A DNA stretch of 64,000 nt from Glycera tridactyla (lineage: Eukaryota): the NCBI GenBank assembly GCA_965644265.1, contig OZ286461.1, forward strand, positions 94,116,001 to 94,180,000, given 5' to 3'. The translations under genes were made by a program, and so were the position numbers. A model generated the notes under the pieces. The model was not told where the DNA came from. It saw only the letters and a program-made list of their open reading frames with translations, and ran no database searches. Each line of letters starts with the position of its first letter. Positions within the stretch are counted from its first letter, which is position 1. Of the stretch, positions 1-13,300 are shown piece after piece.

Positions 1-2209
1 TCCAGCTTTTCAGGAAGTCATAGCTCACTCATAGATGACAGCAGGGGGCAGAACATCTAACTCTCATTCATCACATACACTGGATTTATATAATCCTCTG
101 GGTATGTACATGTCGGTTAAACCAAACCATCCTGGCGATCATACAGACTGATACAACTAGCTTCACTAACAATTTATCTTCCTGTTTATGCCAGTAGGGC
201 AGGCCTCAGTTCCGAGCTAAGCTTAGCTATGTTTGAGGTATAACCAATCTGTATCATCCCCAGGGACAGGCAAGCTGCCCAGCACAAGGGATGCTGATTT
301 TCGTTAGCGACGAGGCTCTGCCAAGGCCCTAATGAAAAATCAAGGCCTGGAAGAAAAAACATCCTCCCAAGAGCTGGGCAGCTTGTTTGTCCCTGGGGAT
401 CTATACAGATTGTTTCTCTCAAGCTGCATGATACCCAAAACAAAATGTTGGACTAGCAATCAAAACCGTATCTCCCACCCCTGGGTGACAGCTTGATTTC
501 TGTCTTGAGCTTGACTACACTGCGTACACTGCACATTACAGCAAACTTGAATCTCATAATGTGTTTTGCTGAGTTTTCAATCTAGGCCTTACTTCGGTAG
601 GGATGACATTTGCTGATAGAGACAGCTGCTGGTGTTGCCTTTTGAGTAAGCAAACAGGAAAGAGTGACGGAACATGAAACCTACATTATACAGGTAAATC
701 AAGCCGCGGCCACTCTGTGTTTGGTTGGAAAATACATGTGGAAATGCCTGCCTGCCTGCATAATAGTCGACAAGTTGTTCCAGATGAGGCCCCTGTGTGT
801 CTTACTGCTGGCTGGAAATAGGCACGAAGTTGATTTAAAAACCAACAAAAACACATCCACAGTGGAGGCGATCCTGAACCAATAAATTTTCCTGGTTCAT
901 TGCATATTTTGGTCTACTGATGTGGACCAAAGTACAAAGTATACAAGGAAAATGCAGCTCTGAGACTTGCCAAACTATTAGTACTTCCAGAACTGTTTGT
1001 AATTTGTGGAAACATGTTTTCTAATGGATACAAAAAGCACAGGGTCTAGCTAAACCATCAGCTATCAATTTCTATGAATTCAGGTCAAATTCAGATGCTA
1101 TCTGTAAAGTCATTGCTGGAGATTCAGCTGTACAAATACTGTATACTTTTTACTGAAGATGGGTTGTTTGAATGATTTGATCCAAGCAAGAGCTATAAAT
1201 GATGATTCACCTAATGCCCTCACATAGGACCTGTCTACACTTCAATAACATGATGAGCATTGATGTGTCCATGGCATATATCATACAGATATAAAAGAAA
1301 TAGAGGTAGTGAAATTCTCAACATACTCCATAAATAGTAACCCAAAGCACTCAATTCCCTGGGCTTGTCAGGAGGTATTTTCATCTGGGGTACCTTTTCG
1401 CAGTAGTGTGGCTCCATGATTCAGTGTTGTCAATAGGATTGATCAAGTTCGTGGACAAGCTGGCACTTGTGGTTGAGCCCGCATTTTTGGTGTTCCGCGC
1501 AAACCATCTCCTGTCAAATTTGTATGGAATATGGTGGTTTGAGTGGGCCAGTCTTATTTTGGTTTTAGTGGATCAAGCCAAAATTTAGTGGACGTTGGCC
1601 ATCAAACCACTGCCTGTTTACAGCACTGATGATATGATACAGTGGTCGGTGGTAGTCCAACTATGTGGACTGAATGTTGGAGTTCCAGAGCCTGTGGTTG
1701 GGTTTGTGGTGTCGTCACTCTGGCAGTGAACTTCTACAAACACTGTAGCAGTGTCAAGGCTCTCACTCAAAACTTGAATTGTGGAGATGGGTGAATCAGA
1801 GAGTTGGCAAGCTACACAGGTGCTGATTACTGTTGACAGTCTGTCTCATTCAGACTCATTTATCTTAGAGATAGTTGGACTCAACTTACAGGAACCCCCC
1901 TTCCTTCGATGACAAATATGCTAGCCTACACATCATATCTGAAGTTGAGGGGAGGAGGGGAAAAAACAGTGTGGTTCTCTTGATTGTGTACTTTGATGTT
2001 GTTCTACAGCAGCATATATTGTTAATAGTTATTTAAATGGCCTATCAGTCATAAATGCACCTTACTCCTGTGTTTTTGCTCATCAGCCGCAATCCTTGCC
2101 ACCCTTCAACTGCCTGTGAGATTAATGCTCTTGACTGTTGGCTTATGAAACGATGAAATATTCTCAGTTTTGTTCTCTTAAGAACTTGGGACCACCGCTG
2201 TATCCTGAG

Positions 2210-2626
2210 TAGGGCTGGGACGAAACACTTGGATCACGATACGAAACATTTTTAGAAAAACACCTCACGAAATGAATGACGAAACGAAATGCCATGCAAC
2301 CCTCTTTCAGGAGTCTGACATGGTCCACCCGGTTGCGAGTGACATGAGCAAGCCACCCATATTTTGGTGGCCTTGAAATATTGCCAAGTACTATCCAATA
2401 TAATGACATTCCTAGTAAAAAGTTCATCAAATCTCCATGTTTCGGGTTCTGCACAATAGTTTTTTTTCAAAAGGTGCATTTTCTGTATTTATTGGCATTT
2501 GTGAGTACGCATCAGCCATGTTTCTTTGTATTTCGAAACACTTCGAAACACTCCTAGTTTCGAAACGATTGTTTCTTTTGCAAACGATCGATATTATCAA
2601 AATTTGGGTGAATCGTTCCACCCTTA
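2210..2626. mobile_element. Non-autonomous hAT-like MITE with 8-bp TSD
   Basis: Imperfect TIRs TAGGGCTGGGACGA / TCGTTCCACCCTTA; perfect flanking repeat ATCCTGAG at 2202-2209 and 2627-2634; internal CGAAAC repeats. Confidence 0.85.
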
Positions 2627-3644
2627 ATCCTGAGTGCAATATAGTGTCATGATATACCGTTGGAATGTTCAACCTGCATTAGCAGAAATCAGCTGAATAC
2701 TTCTTGTAGTTGATTTGAAACCGGATCTCTTGCATGGCAACGCATCGGTATGCAGCATAGTAGCAGTAAGCAGTCCCTTCTCACTCTATTAGTTGAAAAA
2801 TCTTAAGTCACGATTACCATAACATGGCTGGAAGTTTTTGAACAAATGGTTTCAACCATATATGGGCATGTCCAGAAACCTGGTGCACAATGCGTTACAT
2901 TGCAGTGAGAGAAAAAATCCTCCCATTCCAGGTTTTTAGCTACTTTTTCTTGTGGGCCAGTGTGTTGGTCACATATTCTGAAAGTTTCAGTTTGATATCT
3001 CTTCAAGTAATGAAAATATTGCCGTCTTCATCAAATATTTTGAAAAAGTAAATAGAAATACTTGGTGCATTCAATATCATATCCCAAATCTGACAGATAT
3101 CACAGCTGTCTCTAAGTTACATATTGTCAATTATCATTTCATGCAGGATGCTCATGCAAAAAGCTGACATTCCTCCTCTGGTAGTTGTTCTGTACCAAGG
3201 TGATTTGTATGGTGTACATAAGATGGACACATTGTGAGTTGTAAAACTCTGTTGCAGGCCAAGTATAACTATGTTCAGCAGTTTTAAGTAGCAAATATTT
3301 TAAGCATCCCATGTACATGATTTTAGATTGGCATGTATTCAGGTGTCCATGAGGTGATGTCCACAAAACCAATTTCTGTTGTATGTCATCTTGACATTCT
3401 GGCAAATGTGAAGGTATTTGGCTTCTATGGTCAGAAGAGTGATGCAGCTCACCACCTTTCAGCAAATTCTAATCATTTAAGTCACTATACATATAACTGG
3501 TGAATAATTAGTCAGATATCAAGCTTCATTTCAGAAATGACATGAATCAGTACATCATTTTGACCACTTAATGGGACCTTCTGTACGAATTCGCACCACC
3601 TTATATTTTTTTATCCTTCCTTCCCCTTATATATGTTACTCATC

Positions 3645-5050
3645 CATGACAGACGAGTACTAATTCAGTAAAAAAATAGGTTTCCATTCATATATAGTTG
3701 GTGCATAATCATGATTTCTTCACATATTTGTTGTTTTTCATCACCATGAGAAAATGATGTGGGCAAATTTCAATGTGTCTGATATTGGAACTTATTTTTA
3801 TCCCATCTTCATGTGGTTTTCTCCCTATTCAAAGCATTTTATTTTCAGAGATGACTCTGGAAGTCATATTTGCGTTCCAACGACTGGTCATTTAAAAATG
3901 ACTAGAGGTCAACCTAACATACACCAACACTCTCCATATTTTTCACCCAGTGGTTCATATCCTTATTTTCACTCCTGCTATAGCATCTACACTGTTCGTT
4001 CCAAGTATCTGAACAGAAATGAGTCTCTCGTGCCATATTTCTTTTTACCAATCCTCTGACTGGCAGTGAGGGGGTTGTACATCATTTTGACATTCCTCAA
4101 ATGTCAAAAGTTGTGAACTGCTTCACTTTTGAAACAAGATTCATTTCAACGTGAAATTTTATATTCAATGAAATGCCCCAAAACTCACAATGATCATGAG
4201 ATACCTGCAACTGTTATTGACAGTAAGCTTCTGGGAGCTTTTATGTATGTCAATTGACTGTGAAAGTCATTTTTGTACACATTTTGACATAATTGCAGGA
4301 TTGGCAAGAAACAGCTTTTGAAAGATAACCATCTTATCTGTAACAAACAACATTCATGACAGACAAGTACTAATTCATCAAAAGAATTGGTTTATATTCA
4401 TGTACAGTTGGTGCATGGTCATGATTTCTTCACATATTTGTAGTTTTTCTTCACCACAAGATGAAGATTTGGGCGATTTTCGATGCGTCTGATGTTGGAA
4501 CTTATCTTTATCCCATCTTCATGTGGTTTTCTCCCTATTCAAAGCATTTTATGTTCAAGAATGTCTCTCAATGTCATATCATTGTTCCATTGACTGGTCA
4601 TTTCAGAATGACTAGAGGTCAACCTAACATACACCAACACACTCTATATTTTTCACCCAGTGGTTCGGATCCTCATTTTCACTCCTGCTATGACATCTGT
4701 ACTGTTCATTCCTAGTATCTGAACCAAAATGAATCTTCCATGCCATATTTTTAGACCAATACTCTGACTGGTAGTGAGGGGGATGTACATCATTTTGACA
4801 GGTCTCAAATGTAAAAAGTGTCAACTGTTTCTCTTTCAGAATAAGACTCATTCCAATGCAAAATTTTCTATGCCATGAAGTGCACCAAAGCTCACATTGA
4901 TCATAAGATACCTGCAACTGCTATTAGTAGTGAGAATCTGGGAGCTTTTATGTATGTAAATTGACTGGTGTAGGTCATTTTTGTACACATTTTGACATCA
5001 TCACAGAATGGGCTATAACAGCTTCTGAACGATCGCCATCTTATCTGTAA
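3645..5050. repeat. Diverged tandem duplication, unit ~707-710 bp x2
   Basis: CATGACAGAC.AGTACTAATTCA occurs at 3645 and 4355, and CATCTTATCTGTAA at 4330 and 5037. ORFs 3754-4059 and 4461-4715 are paralogous by-products. Confidence 0.9.
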
Positions 5051-5959
5051 ATTGTTCCATGCACGGTTCCATCGCCTTCTCAAATATTCAAGTGTTTTGG
5101 ATCTCTTCCTCTCTGATCTTCATAATTTTGAGCAGGAAATTCAGAAGATGAATTTTTACCGAATCGATTGACATGATTTCATGCCAAGATGTAAGAAAAC
5201 AAGGGAAAAGTAGTGTCTAAATCTTCATTGCACTAGGTTTCTGACCTTCTCAGCTTCTTATATTGATGGGAAGTTGGATGATTTTTTGACCTCTTCACCC
5301 AGGTGCCTCAGCTTGAGTAGGTCAGCAGATATCGACAGTTTTTCACTAAAATTGGCTACTGGCTTTCAAATCTTTGTGTCTTGCGAATTTTTGGAATTTC
5401 TCAATGAAAATTGGCAGAACTGTTGCCAAAATACTGCTGAATCAACTTGTGTTGTCATTTTGATCCAGTATTGAGAAGAGGCCACAAAATATGGAGTTCA
5501 ATGAAGGTAGGTTTAGTCATGTAACGCTGAAAAGGTCCAAAAATGACAGTTCTCATGGAATCACTTGCTTTGTTTACAGTGTTAAAATCTGTTGATTCTG
5601 CCCAAAGTTGCACCAGTTGTAGCCTAATATGTGTGCTTTCAAGACATTCTACAAGATTGTGATTGCTCAATACAGAACTGCAGATACATTGCATCATATC
5701 CGATTGACAGTGATTTTTGCGATAGGGGCCAGGTTTCTGGACATGCCCATGTTGTGGTTGTTCACGAAAATTTAGATATATCTTGAGAAGTTTTGTATAG
5801 TCTCACTTACTACACTTTGTATAATCTTCTATATGGAGAAATTCCTGGTTCGTTCAAGTGCCCCTGTGTGTGTACTTCAAATTACTATCATCTCTAGTCT
5901 GTTCATTTCAGTGTGACCTCAGTCTAGTTTTTGAAATGAATGGCCAGTGTTGTGTAGTA

Positions 5960-6990
5960 CCGTATATACTCGCATATAAGCCCATTTTTTGAGACCAGAA
6001 AATCGGGGCAAAAGAAGGGAGGGGGCTTATATGCGAGTATGAATTTCGTCAGAGCCAAATGTCAACGTGAACGAAGACCCGTGAGCAGGTAAGGCCTTCG
6101 CTGGCAGGCGCCGCCATCTTGGATGTCGAAAGATACCAACAAAAACACGTGCAAATGTCATCAAATTTAAGAAGGTTCCCGGCCGAATAAAATTTCCACA
6201 ATGCTATACATTCGTCAGCAATATTGTTTTATTTATCATGCCATGAGATTTTAGTCGATTCGTAACATAGTTTTTGAGAAATTAATATGTTTATAACACG
6301 GAATCTATCACGAGTACACACGCCATTGCGAAACACTTGCCGGTTGACAGACTGATGCTGAAAACTCACGATCGCTCTCGAAACATGCAAATTACTTCCG
6401 GATGTCAATTAATAGTCCCAGATGCACGAATATCGAATCTAAAGGCACGTTTGATGATAGTTTGGTAGAAAATCCCGACACATTCGCCATAAACGTGATG
6501 AAAACATTGAACAGAAACAAGAATTCGAGAAAGTTCCGGCATCTCAAGCAGGTGATGAGGTCAAGGTCGTATGCTAATTAGGTATTCTGCTTCCGGGTTT
6601 TGGTTTACATCCGGGGATGCCAGTCTCGTCACATGATCAAACAATGGCGCCCAAATCGATGTTGGAGAAGCCAGCCTTTCGTTTTCTTCACGAAATATAT
6701 GCTCACTTGGCCTAGACACGTGTTTTCATTGGCGGAGATCGCCTCAGCATGGATTGTACCCGTGAATCATTGAAGTATGAAGGCGCGAACGAACAAACAA
6801 TAGCTGGGGTAAGCCGCGAACTGGCTTCTCTACATGCCTGTCTTTGATGTATCACGGCATTCGTCACCGTGTTCACTCAGCGGAATCAGGGGAGGCTGAT
6901 ATTCGAATAATTGACTAAATCCCGACTTTTAGAGGCAAAATCGTACCCCCGGGTTATACGCGGAGAAGGTTTATATGCGAGTATATACGG
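5960..6990. mobile_element. Non-autonomous Tc1/mariner-superfamily element (Tc2/pogo-like CCGTA termini), TA TSD
   Basis: Perfect 20-bp TIR CCGTATATACTCGCATATAA at 5960-5979 and 6971-6990; TA on both sides; an extra inverted TIR copy near 6025-6040; CpG-rich interior. Confidence 0.9.
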
Positions 6991-8367
6991 TACCTGAAAG
7001 CACATGTCTGACTGACGAAAATAAATTCCAGGCTGGAAAGTAGTCCATTTGATTTAATGGGATGTTTTGCTTTTCGTATGCCTGTTTGCTGAGTTATTTG
7101 TCATGTGGTCGGTCCAGTGCTCCAGTGCGGTGAGTTGAACATATAACTTACAAGTTGAACTTTCAGGCGTTGAGTGTAACAGCTGCTACATCAGATATCT
7201 CATTCTACCAGTGAAACCTGTAATTACTGACCTCTGCTGCAGACCAGACCACTTTATTTGGGCACTCGTCTACTTGACATAGTAAAATAAACCCCCATAG
7301 GTGCCAAGCATTAGAATTTTGTAGAAATGATGCATTTTATGGCTAATGCTACTCCATGGTGATAAGTGTTTCTTTTCAAATTGTAACAAATGAATACTTG
7401 TGCAGCCCCTTGGAATCAGTGCCATTACTTTTGATCATCACCTCTACCCCTTGTGCAAGACCACTTCTTTTAGGAGATTGCTTCTCACTTTCAACAGTAT
7501 AGACTGTATTACAGCTTTCAGTGCACCGTGCAAAAATGTGAGTGTCCCATGGATCTTCAAATTTTGATGTCCCATAACTCGAGATTGGTATGTTCTAACA
7601 CTGATGCGAGACCACTTCTTTGGCCGATTGCTTCCACTGTCATTTAAGATAGGTTCTGTTGCAGCTTTCCCTGCACTTTGCATAGATGGGATTTCATGGG
7701 TAAAATCTGACCACATCTGTGGAGATAATATAGAGAATCTGCAGGTGATTTGACTGTGCCTACCCATATGATGTTCTAGGTCATGATATCCTTTTGTTGA
7801 CTGGACATTGAAATTTGCACTATTTACAACAATGTTGAGTGAGCAGATGGACTGACAGGCAGCATTCTGCATGCAGACATTTAAGTCGTAGATGAAAGCT
7901 GAGAACTGGGTTAACATTTACAACAAATCTTTGCTGAGTTTTGTTCAGTCTGGGGCCTGCAATTTACTTTGATAAAAAGCAATGATTTAATGTCTCGGTA
8001 GAACTGCTTGGGTACGCACTTAGTGCATGGTACCATAGCACATTTTGTTATCTAACCAACAACAGTAATATGCATGATCAGCATCATGCTTGCTTTGGAG
8101 GGAAAAAGGGCATACCCACCCATATTAAAAGTGAGTGAAGAGTCTTAGATATCGCCAAAAAGCAGTCCCAGATCTGTCCTAGATGCCAGGGAGGAATATG
8201 TTAAAACCAGGAGCCCCATATGCAATTCCCTAACTCATTCAGGGTTCTATGACACAAGTATGATTTGTATGAATGAAGGTTATGTTTATGAATCTCAGTC
8301 CACTTGAAGAACCTCTGTGTCTTCATGGTTACAAATCGCCAGCATAGCAAAAGCATCATCCAACATA

Positions 8368-8544
8368 CAGTTGAACCTGCTCTAAAGACCACCTCTCTAT
8401 AAAGACCACCTTTCTATAAAGACCACCTGAGCTGCGACCGTTGTAGTATTTTCAACAGTAAATGACCTCTGTATAAAGACCACCTGCCTATAAAGACCGC
8501 TTTTCGATGCGACCGAAGGCGGTCTTTATAGACAGCTTTGACTG
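8368..8544 (+). mobile_element. TA-TSD MITE family A (CAGT..AACC termini, AAGACCACC repeats)
   Basis: TA|CAGTTGAACCTG...CAGCTTTGACTG|TA; homologous to 25373-25532 (inverted) and 50585-50762. Confidence 0.85.
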
Positions 8545-9234
8545 TATCCTCATTTTGTGGGATTTACCATTACGGATTTTGTGGTATTTCATAGTTATGT
8601 GGTCTATTGTGAATTTATTTGTGAATCTGAATATGGTTGTTGCCGCAGAGGTGCTGAAGCAAGGCTGCAGTGTTGGTTGTTTGAGTGATGAGTGGTGGAC
8701 AGTGTAGTCCTGTCTGGATGTTTGCATCTTTCTCAGATGTGTAGAAGCTCTGTTTACAGTGAGGGTAGGATGGGCCGACAAAACAGCTGGAGTTCACTGT
8801 GTCTTCTCTACAAACTTTAATAGAATCAAATGAATACATAGGCAGCCCAAAGCAATTTCGATCTAGATTGTGACTTGAAAGCAATGAGGTAAAGATGCAA
8901 TTACTCTTATTGGAGAGGGTGATTTTTTTCCAGTGAATTTTGGTGCCCTGATTCTAACAGTAGGGCGTAGATGTGACCGGATATTATGAGATGAACATGT
9001 GTTGCGCCTTGAGCTGTAAACTAGTGGAGTTGGTTATGTCTGCTAATGCAAATACTAGTCATTTGTTTACAGTGGCTGGATCCTTCTTGGTGGTGCTGGG
9101 GGTTGAATAGGTGAGAGTAGGGCCAGAAGTGAGGGCACAACCCCTGATTGGCCCGCTTACATGCTGTATTGGGTGACATGACAGTGACCAGTCACTGCTG
9201 GACTCCCTGCTGCCATGTAATGGCAGTACATATG

Positions 9235-9419
9235 CAGGGTTGCACGCAGTTTTGGGCCTTTTTGGGGCAATCAGGGACCACAATGCACACTAAAATAAAC
9301 CAATACAATTAGTCTTTCATTGTGAACCCATTTTGTGGAATTTTATGATGAAATGCCCCCTTGTCCCAGATTGAAGGGGGCAAATACCCCCAATTTAGAA
9401 GATCCTTAATGCAACCCTG
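9235..9419. mobile_element. Short TIR element with apparent 6-bp TSD (CATATG/CATGTG)
   Basis: Perfect 10-bp TIR CAGGGTTGCA / TGCAACCCTG; flanking hexamers match 5/6. Confidence 0.6.
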
Positions 9420-11155
9420 CATGTGCTCGGGAGTCAGGTACCATCAATTTCTTATGGAAAAATAGAAAAAGGGATTTTTTTGGTGGAAATGAAAGTTGGA
9501 TTATTGTAGTTGCATAGAATTTGTATGCCTTGCTGCAGCGATGTTTCTTGCCCAAAAATTGAACGGGCCAATGGCCCGCTCAGCAGAAAAACAGTGGGCC
9601 ATTTTCAGGATTCAATGGGCCATTTTCAGATTTTTGTGAGCCATTTCCAGGTTTGTGAAAACAACTGTTTTTCACAATATGACACACCCACCACCACTCA
9701 CACCTACCAATCACTATGCCCACATGCACCAACCACCACCCCACCACCAAGCACCCATACCACCAGCCACACACCATCCTCCCGGTATCAACCCCCCCCC
9801 CCCCCCCCCACCACCCTGACTATTTTGGTTATTTTGTGGAATCCTCGGTGATACATTGAGTTGACAGCAGGAATTGAATGGTCTAATTTTAGTTGGTTCA
9901 CTACTTTTCTTGACACAAAACAAAAGAATAATTCCATATTCTGGAATATGTATGAAGCACATATTGAAGATTAATATTAAATTCTTTTGTCGGCACACAC
10001 ACACGAACACACACCACACACACACACAAATGCCATCAAAATTATCCACCTGCCTGGTTAGCAGTTACATTTTCAGATCTACCTGCCTCTTCAAAATTCA
10101 GGATGCCTCCATTATGTGTTCATTAAATTTATTATCATTTCCCATTGAGCCCGTAGGTTTCAAAATGATTCTGTCAACCTTGGAAGTCTACCTGCAAGGG
10201 CCAGTTGGGAGGCCATCTCAAGCACACACATGGACCCCATCTGGTCACCCCAGGATTATCCCCTCATCAGGCGGAGGGTGAACAGGAACTGTCTGTTGAT
10301 GTTGTGGTGTTTTCCCAGTCATCAGCCAGTAGGTGGTCATTAAGAGGGATTACTTTCTTTGACCCTGTAGAATTCCCTTGCCAACAAACGTTGTCTTTGA
10401 GTATAGTCACTATTAGTTTATTGACAAAATTACTGGCACGCCCAAGGGGGCGCATGGAGCTAGTTGTTAGTGCGCCCATATCAACATGTAACACGCCAAT
10501 GGCGTGATGGCGCTGCAAATAAACTTCGCTGTTGCTGGTAGAGATTCACTAATGATTTGAATTAGATTTGATGAATCATGATGGAGGCAACACAGAGAAT
10601 TTCATCTTCTCCACTCGTGTTCCTGCTTCTAAGGTGAACTGGCTCTGACCTTTACAGATCATGTTCAGACTTTACAATTGCATAAGAAGTGGAGTTTGGA
10701 ATCCTTCACGGCTGGTTTCCTCATCTGGTTTCCTCATCGCTTCTAATCAGTACATTCTTGAAGGTTTTGTCCCCCTACATGCCTCAAAAAAATGGTTGCA
10801 TGGTCTTCACTCTTCGCCATTCTGCTTTTATGTTTCAATAGACCACTGGATTGAAATCCCACTTAAAATCCGAAAAATTGGTCTCTTCCGCGGTTTCAAA
10901 AATTATCCGGAATGATATCTCGAGTCAGAAATAGAGCCTTAGAATGAAATGCTGAAATAAATCCTCAGATTTTAGCTGAATTTGAGGGAATGTGATGTTG
11001 AAGCTGTTATACCTGGACTTGAAATGTGGTGGGGATTTTCCCATCTGCAGTTTGTGTTTTTAGGCAGCCTTGAGTAAACCAAGATGTGGGATAAACTTTA
11101 TGGAATGGATGTGGACAAGTTTAAGCATCTCCCATCCTTAGGATCCCATCAATTA

Positions 11156-11329
11156 CAGTTGAACCTGCTCAAGAGACCACCTCTACTGAGACCACCTGCC
11201 CACAGAGATCACCCTGATTCTCTACTGTGATAATAATCGCTGCAGTAAACAACCTCTAGGAAAATTATCTATCTACAAAAACCACTTTTCGATGGAGTCT
11301 AGATTGGAATTTGTAGACAGGTTTGACAG
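11156..11329 (+). mobile_element. TA-TSD MITE, diverged family A-related copy
   Basis: TA|CAGTTGAACCTG...CAGGTTTGACAG|TA with GAGACCACC repeats; sits between two ~150-bp direct repeats (~11008 and ~11346). Confidence 0.75.
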
Positions 11330-12218
11330 TATATATTGTCTATTTCATACCTGGACTTGAATGTGGTGGGGATATACCCATCTTCAGTTGGTGTTTTTAG
11401 GCAACCCTAACGGATGTTATGTGTGTGGAATGAACATTGTGGAATGGATGTGAAAAATTCCCCACATTCTCCCAACTATAGATTATTTCTAAATTATTCA
11501 GGTGTCTTTCCTTTGGCAACTACAAATCTGTGACTGGAGCAGTGATATGTGTGGCCGCCAGAATGTAGGAAGCGTCAGGGCATACACTGTTCTTGTATTA
11601 GTCACTCTACCATAGGAATAGTGAGTCAGTTCCAGGATGACTGTACTCTCCAGTTGGAAGAGGTAGAAATGAGAATGGCACACAGATGGGTGAGCACTCA
11701 TTGAATGAAAGACAGGATCTTTCTGAGATGTCTATATGTCAGACATTGGGGTTATTTCTTGGTTTATGATGTTCGATTAACCCTCTTTAAGCCAAATTGG
11801 TAGCAATTCTATAGTAATTTCCTCAGCATTGACCCATGTTTCTCTAATCAGCTTACATTGCCTTTTTGGTCACAATGTCATCCTGGTACAGCCTACAGAT
11901 GAAACACATATCTTAATTCAGGTATTTCAACTGTGACATCATTGCCGAAAATGTTTGATGACCATGGAGAATTGATGATGACAATTCAATCTTTTACAGA
12001 TGTTCTTTCTCTCATCAATAATTTGGTCAATTTTCTTGCAGGACAATGTTTTCAGGAATCTTAGGCATACTGTATTTCCTCTAGTCACCCACCACTTGAA
12101 TATATCGGAAGTAGAAATGGCTGGTTAAGATTACGAGTTCAGTACCATCCTTCAGTTTTGAATATGTCGTACGATTTATCAAATGGCACTAATATCAATA
12201 TTTTGCCTGTGTTTGCAG

Positions 12219-12470
12219 AGGGTAACGGAAGTGTTTGGAGTCCATCACTATACAACGGAGGTGGAAAACTAGACAGTGATACTATAAACTACATCCATCG
12301 GATTTATTGTCGCGAGTGTAGAATGGAAGAGCAGCGACGCCAGAAAGAGAATGAAGCCGAGGGTGGCGCCGGTGCGCCAACTGGTCAGCCTGGCGCTGGC
12401 CAGCCCACGTCACCACAGACTCAGGTTGAGGAGGTGTCACTCCAGCAAAACAAGGATAAAAATAAAGAAT
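12219..12470 (+). CDS. MRTF: MRTF exon A (N-terminal region before RPEL1; in-frame ATG at 12323)
   Basis: Acceptor ttttgcctgtgtttgcag ends at 12218 and donor GTGAGT starts at 12471. The exon is 252 nt and open throughout, ending ...SLQQNKDKNKE + T, which joins exon B to give TCA (Ser). Confidence 0.8.
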
Positions 12471-12599
12471 GTGAGTAGAAGCAAAGTCGAGATTTTTTGA
12501 AGACCACTCACAAATTCTTCCCATGCTTTTGATTAGCCGAAATTGCTTTCGTGATTTTTATCTGAACTCTGTTTGGCAACATCCTTGTTTCGGTGGGGG

Positions 12600-13300
12600 A
12601 AAAATAGGTGCTAAGGTCTGTCAGATCAAGAACTGGTATATATATTCTGGGCTGTCTCCCCCATTTCTCATCAGAATACTATTTTGGTGATAAAACTGAC
12701 GTGTAGAAAATTAGCAACTATTGTAGAAGGTGGTTTTTGCAGTCTCATGCATTCAGGGCGAATTTGTCATCATTTCAATCCATTTATCAATCAAGTCCTT
12801 CAATATTAGCATCGATCAATGGTGGTGACTTTGTTAACAAGATCATGATTTGGTAAGTTCACCAATTGGTTAGAGTGAGACAGTCATCACCCTGTCTGAT
12901 GCATTCCTTTGTATTGCTTACATTGCCTGTATTTTTGGTGAATACTACATGTGATTCAGCAAATTTAGTGCACAGGAGCGAATTCACTCCAAAACAAAAC
13001 CACTTCAGGTCCCCAGTTCTTGATCCAGATGTTCAATATATTCTTGATATTTTGCAGTTGAGGGAGATTGGTTGAATGTACAACGTGACTAAATGCTTCA
13101 AAGTGCCTCCAGTTGAGTTGTGTGCCTGGTTCAATGATAGGACGTTTTCACAATGCACATCCAACACTTGGATGGCCATTTTGACTGGAATTTATTTGCC
13201 CAACCAAATCTTTTGCTCAGGAATCCTTTCTCTGAAGGGGTTTTTGACTTTTCTGACCACTCAGGATGGTGTTTTCAATATTTGGTCAAAATGCTATTCT
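12600..13300 (-). pseudogene. Decayed LTR-retrotransposon integrase remnant
   Basis: Manual minus-strand translation gives NIWIKNWGPEVVLFWSEF (cf. W..FGxP..xxSDNGxEF) and HSNQLVNLPN (cf. SPNQLVFG.NPNLP), broken by stops and frameshifts. Confidence 0.35.

Noticed and set aside
1-2000. Possible DIRS/Ngaro tyrosine-recombinase retroelement remnant on the minus strand (e.g. LCWAACLSLG)
   Set aside because: Only vague short resemblances with no ordered motif set; needs a TBLASTX or HMM search.
12219-12220. Second AG in the CAGAG acceptors at exons A and F (also 54273-54274)
   Set aside because: Using it shifts the frame by 2 and breaks the MRTF reading frame.
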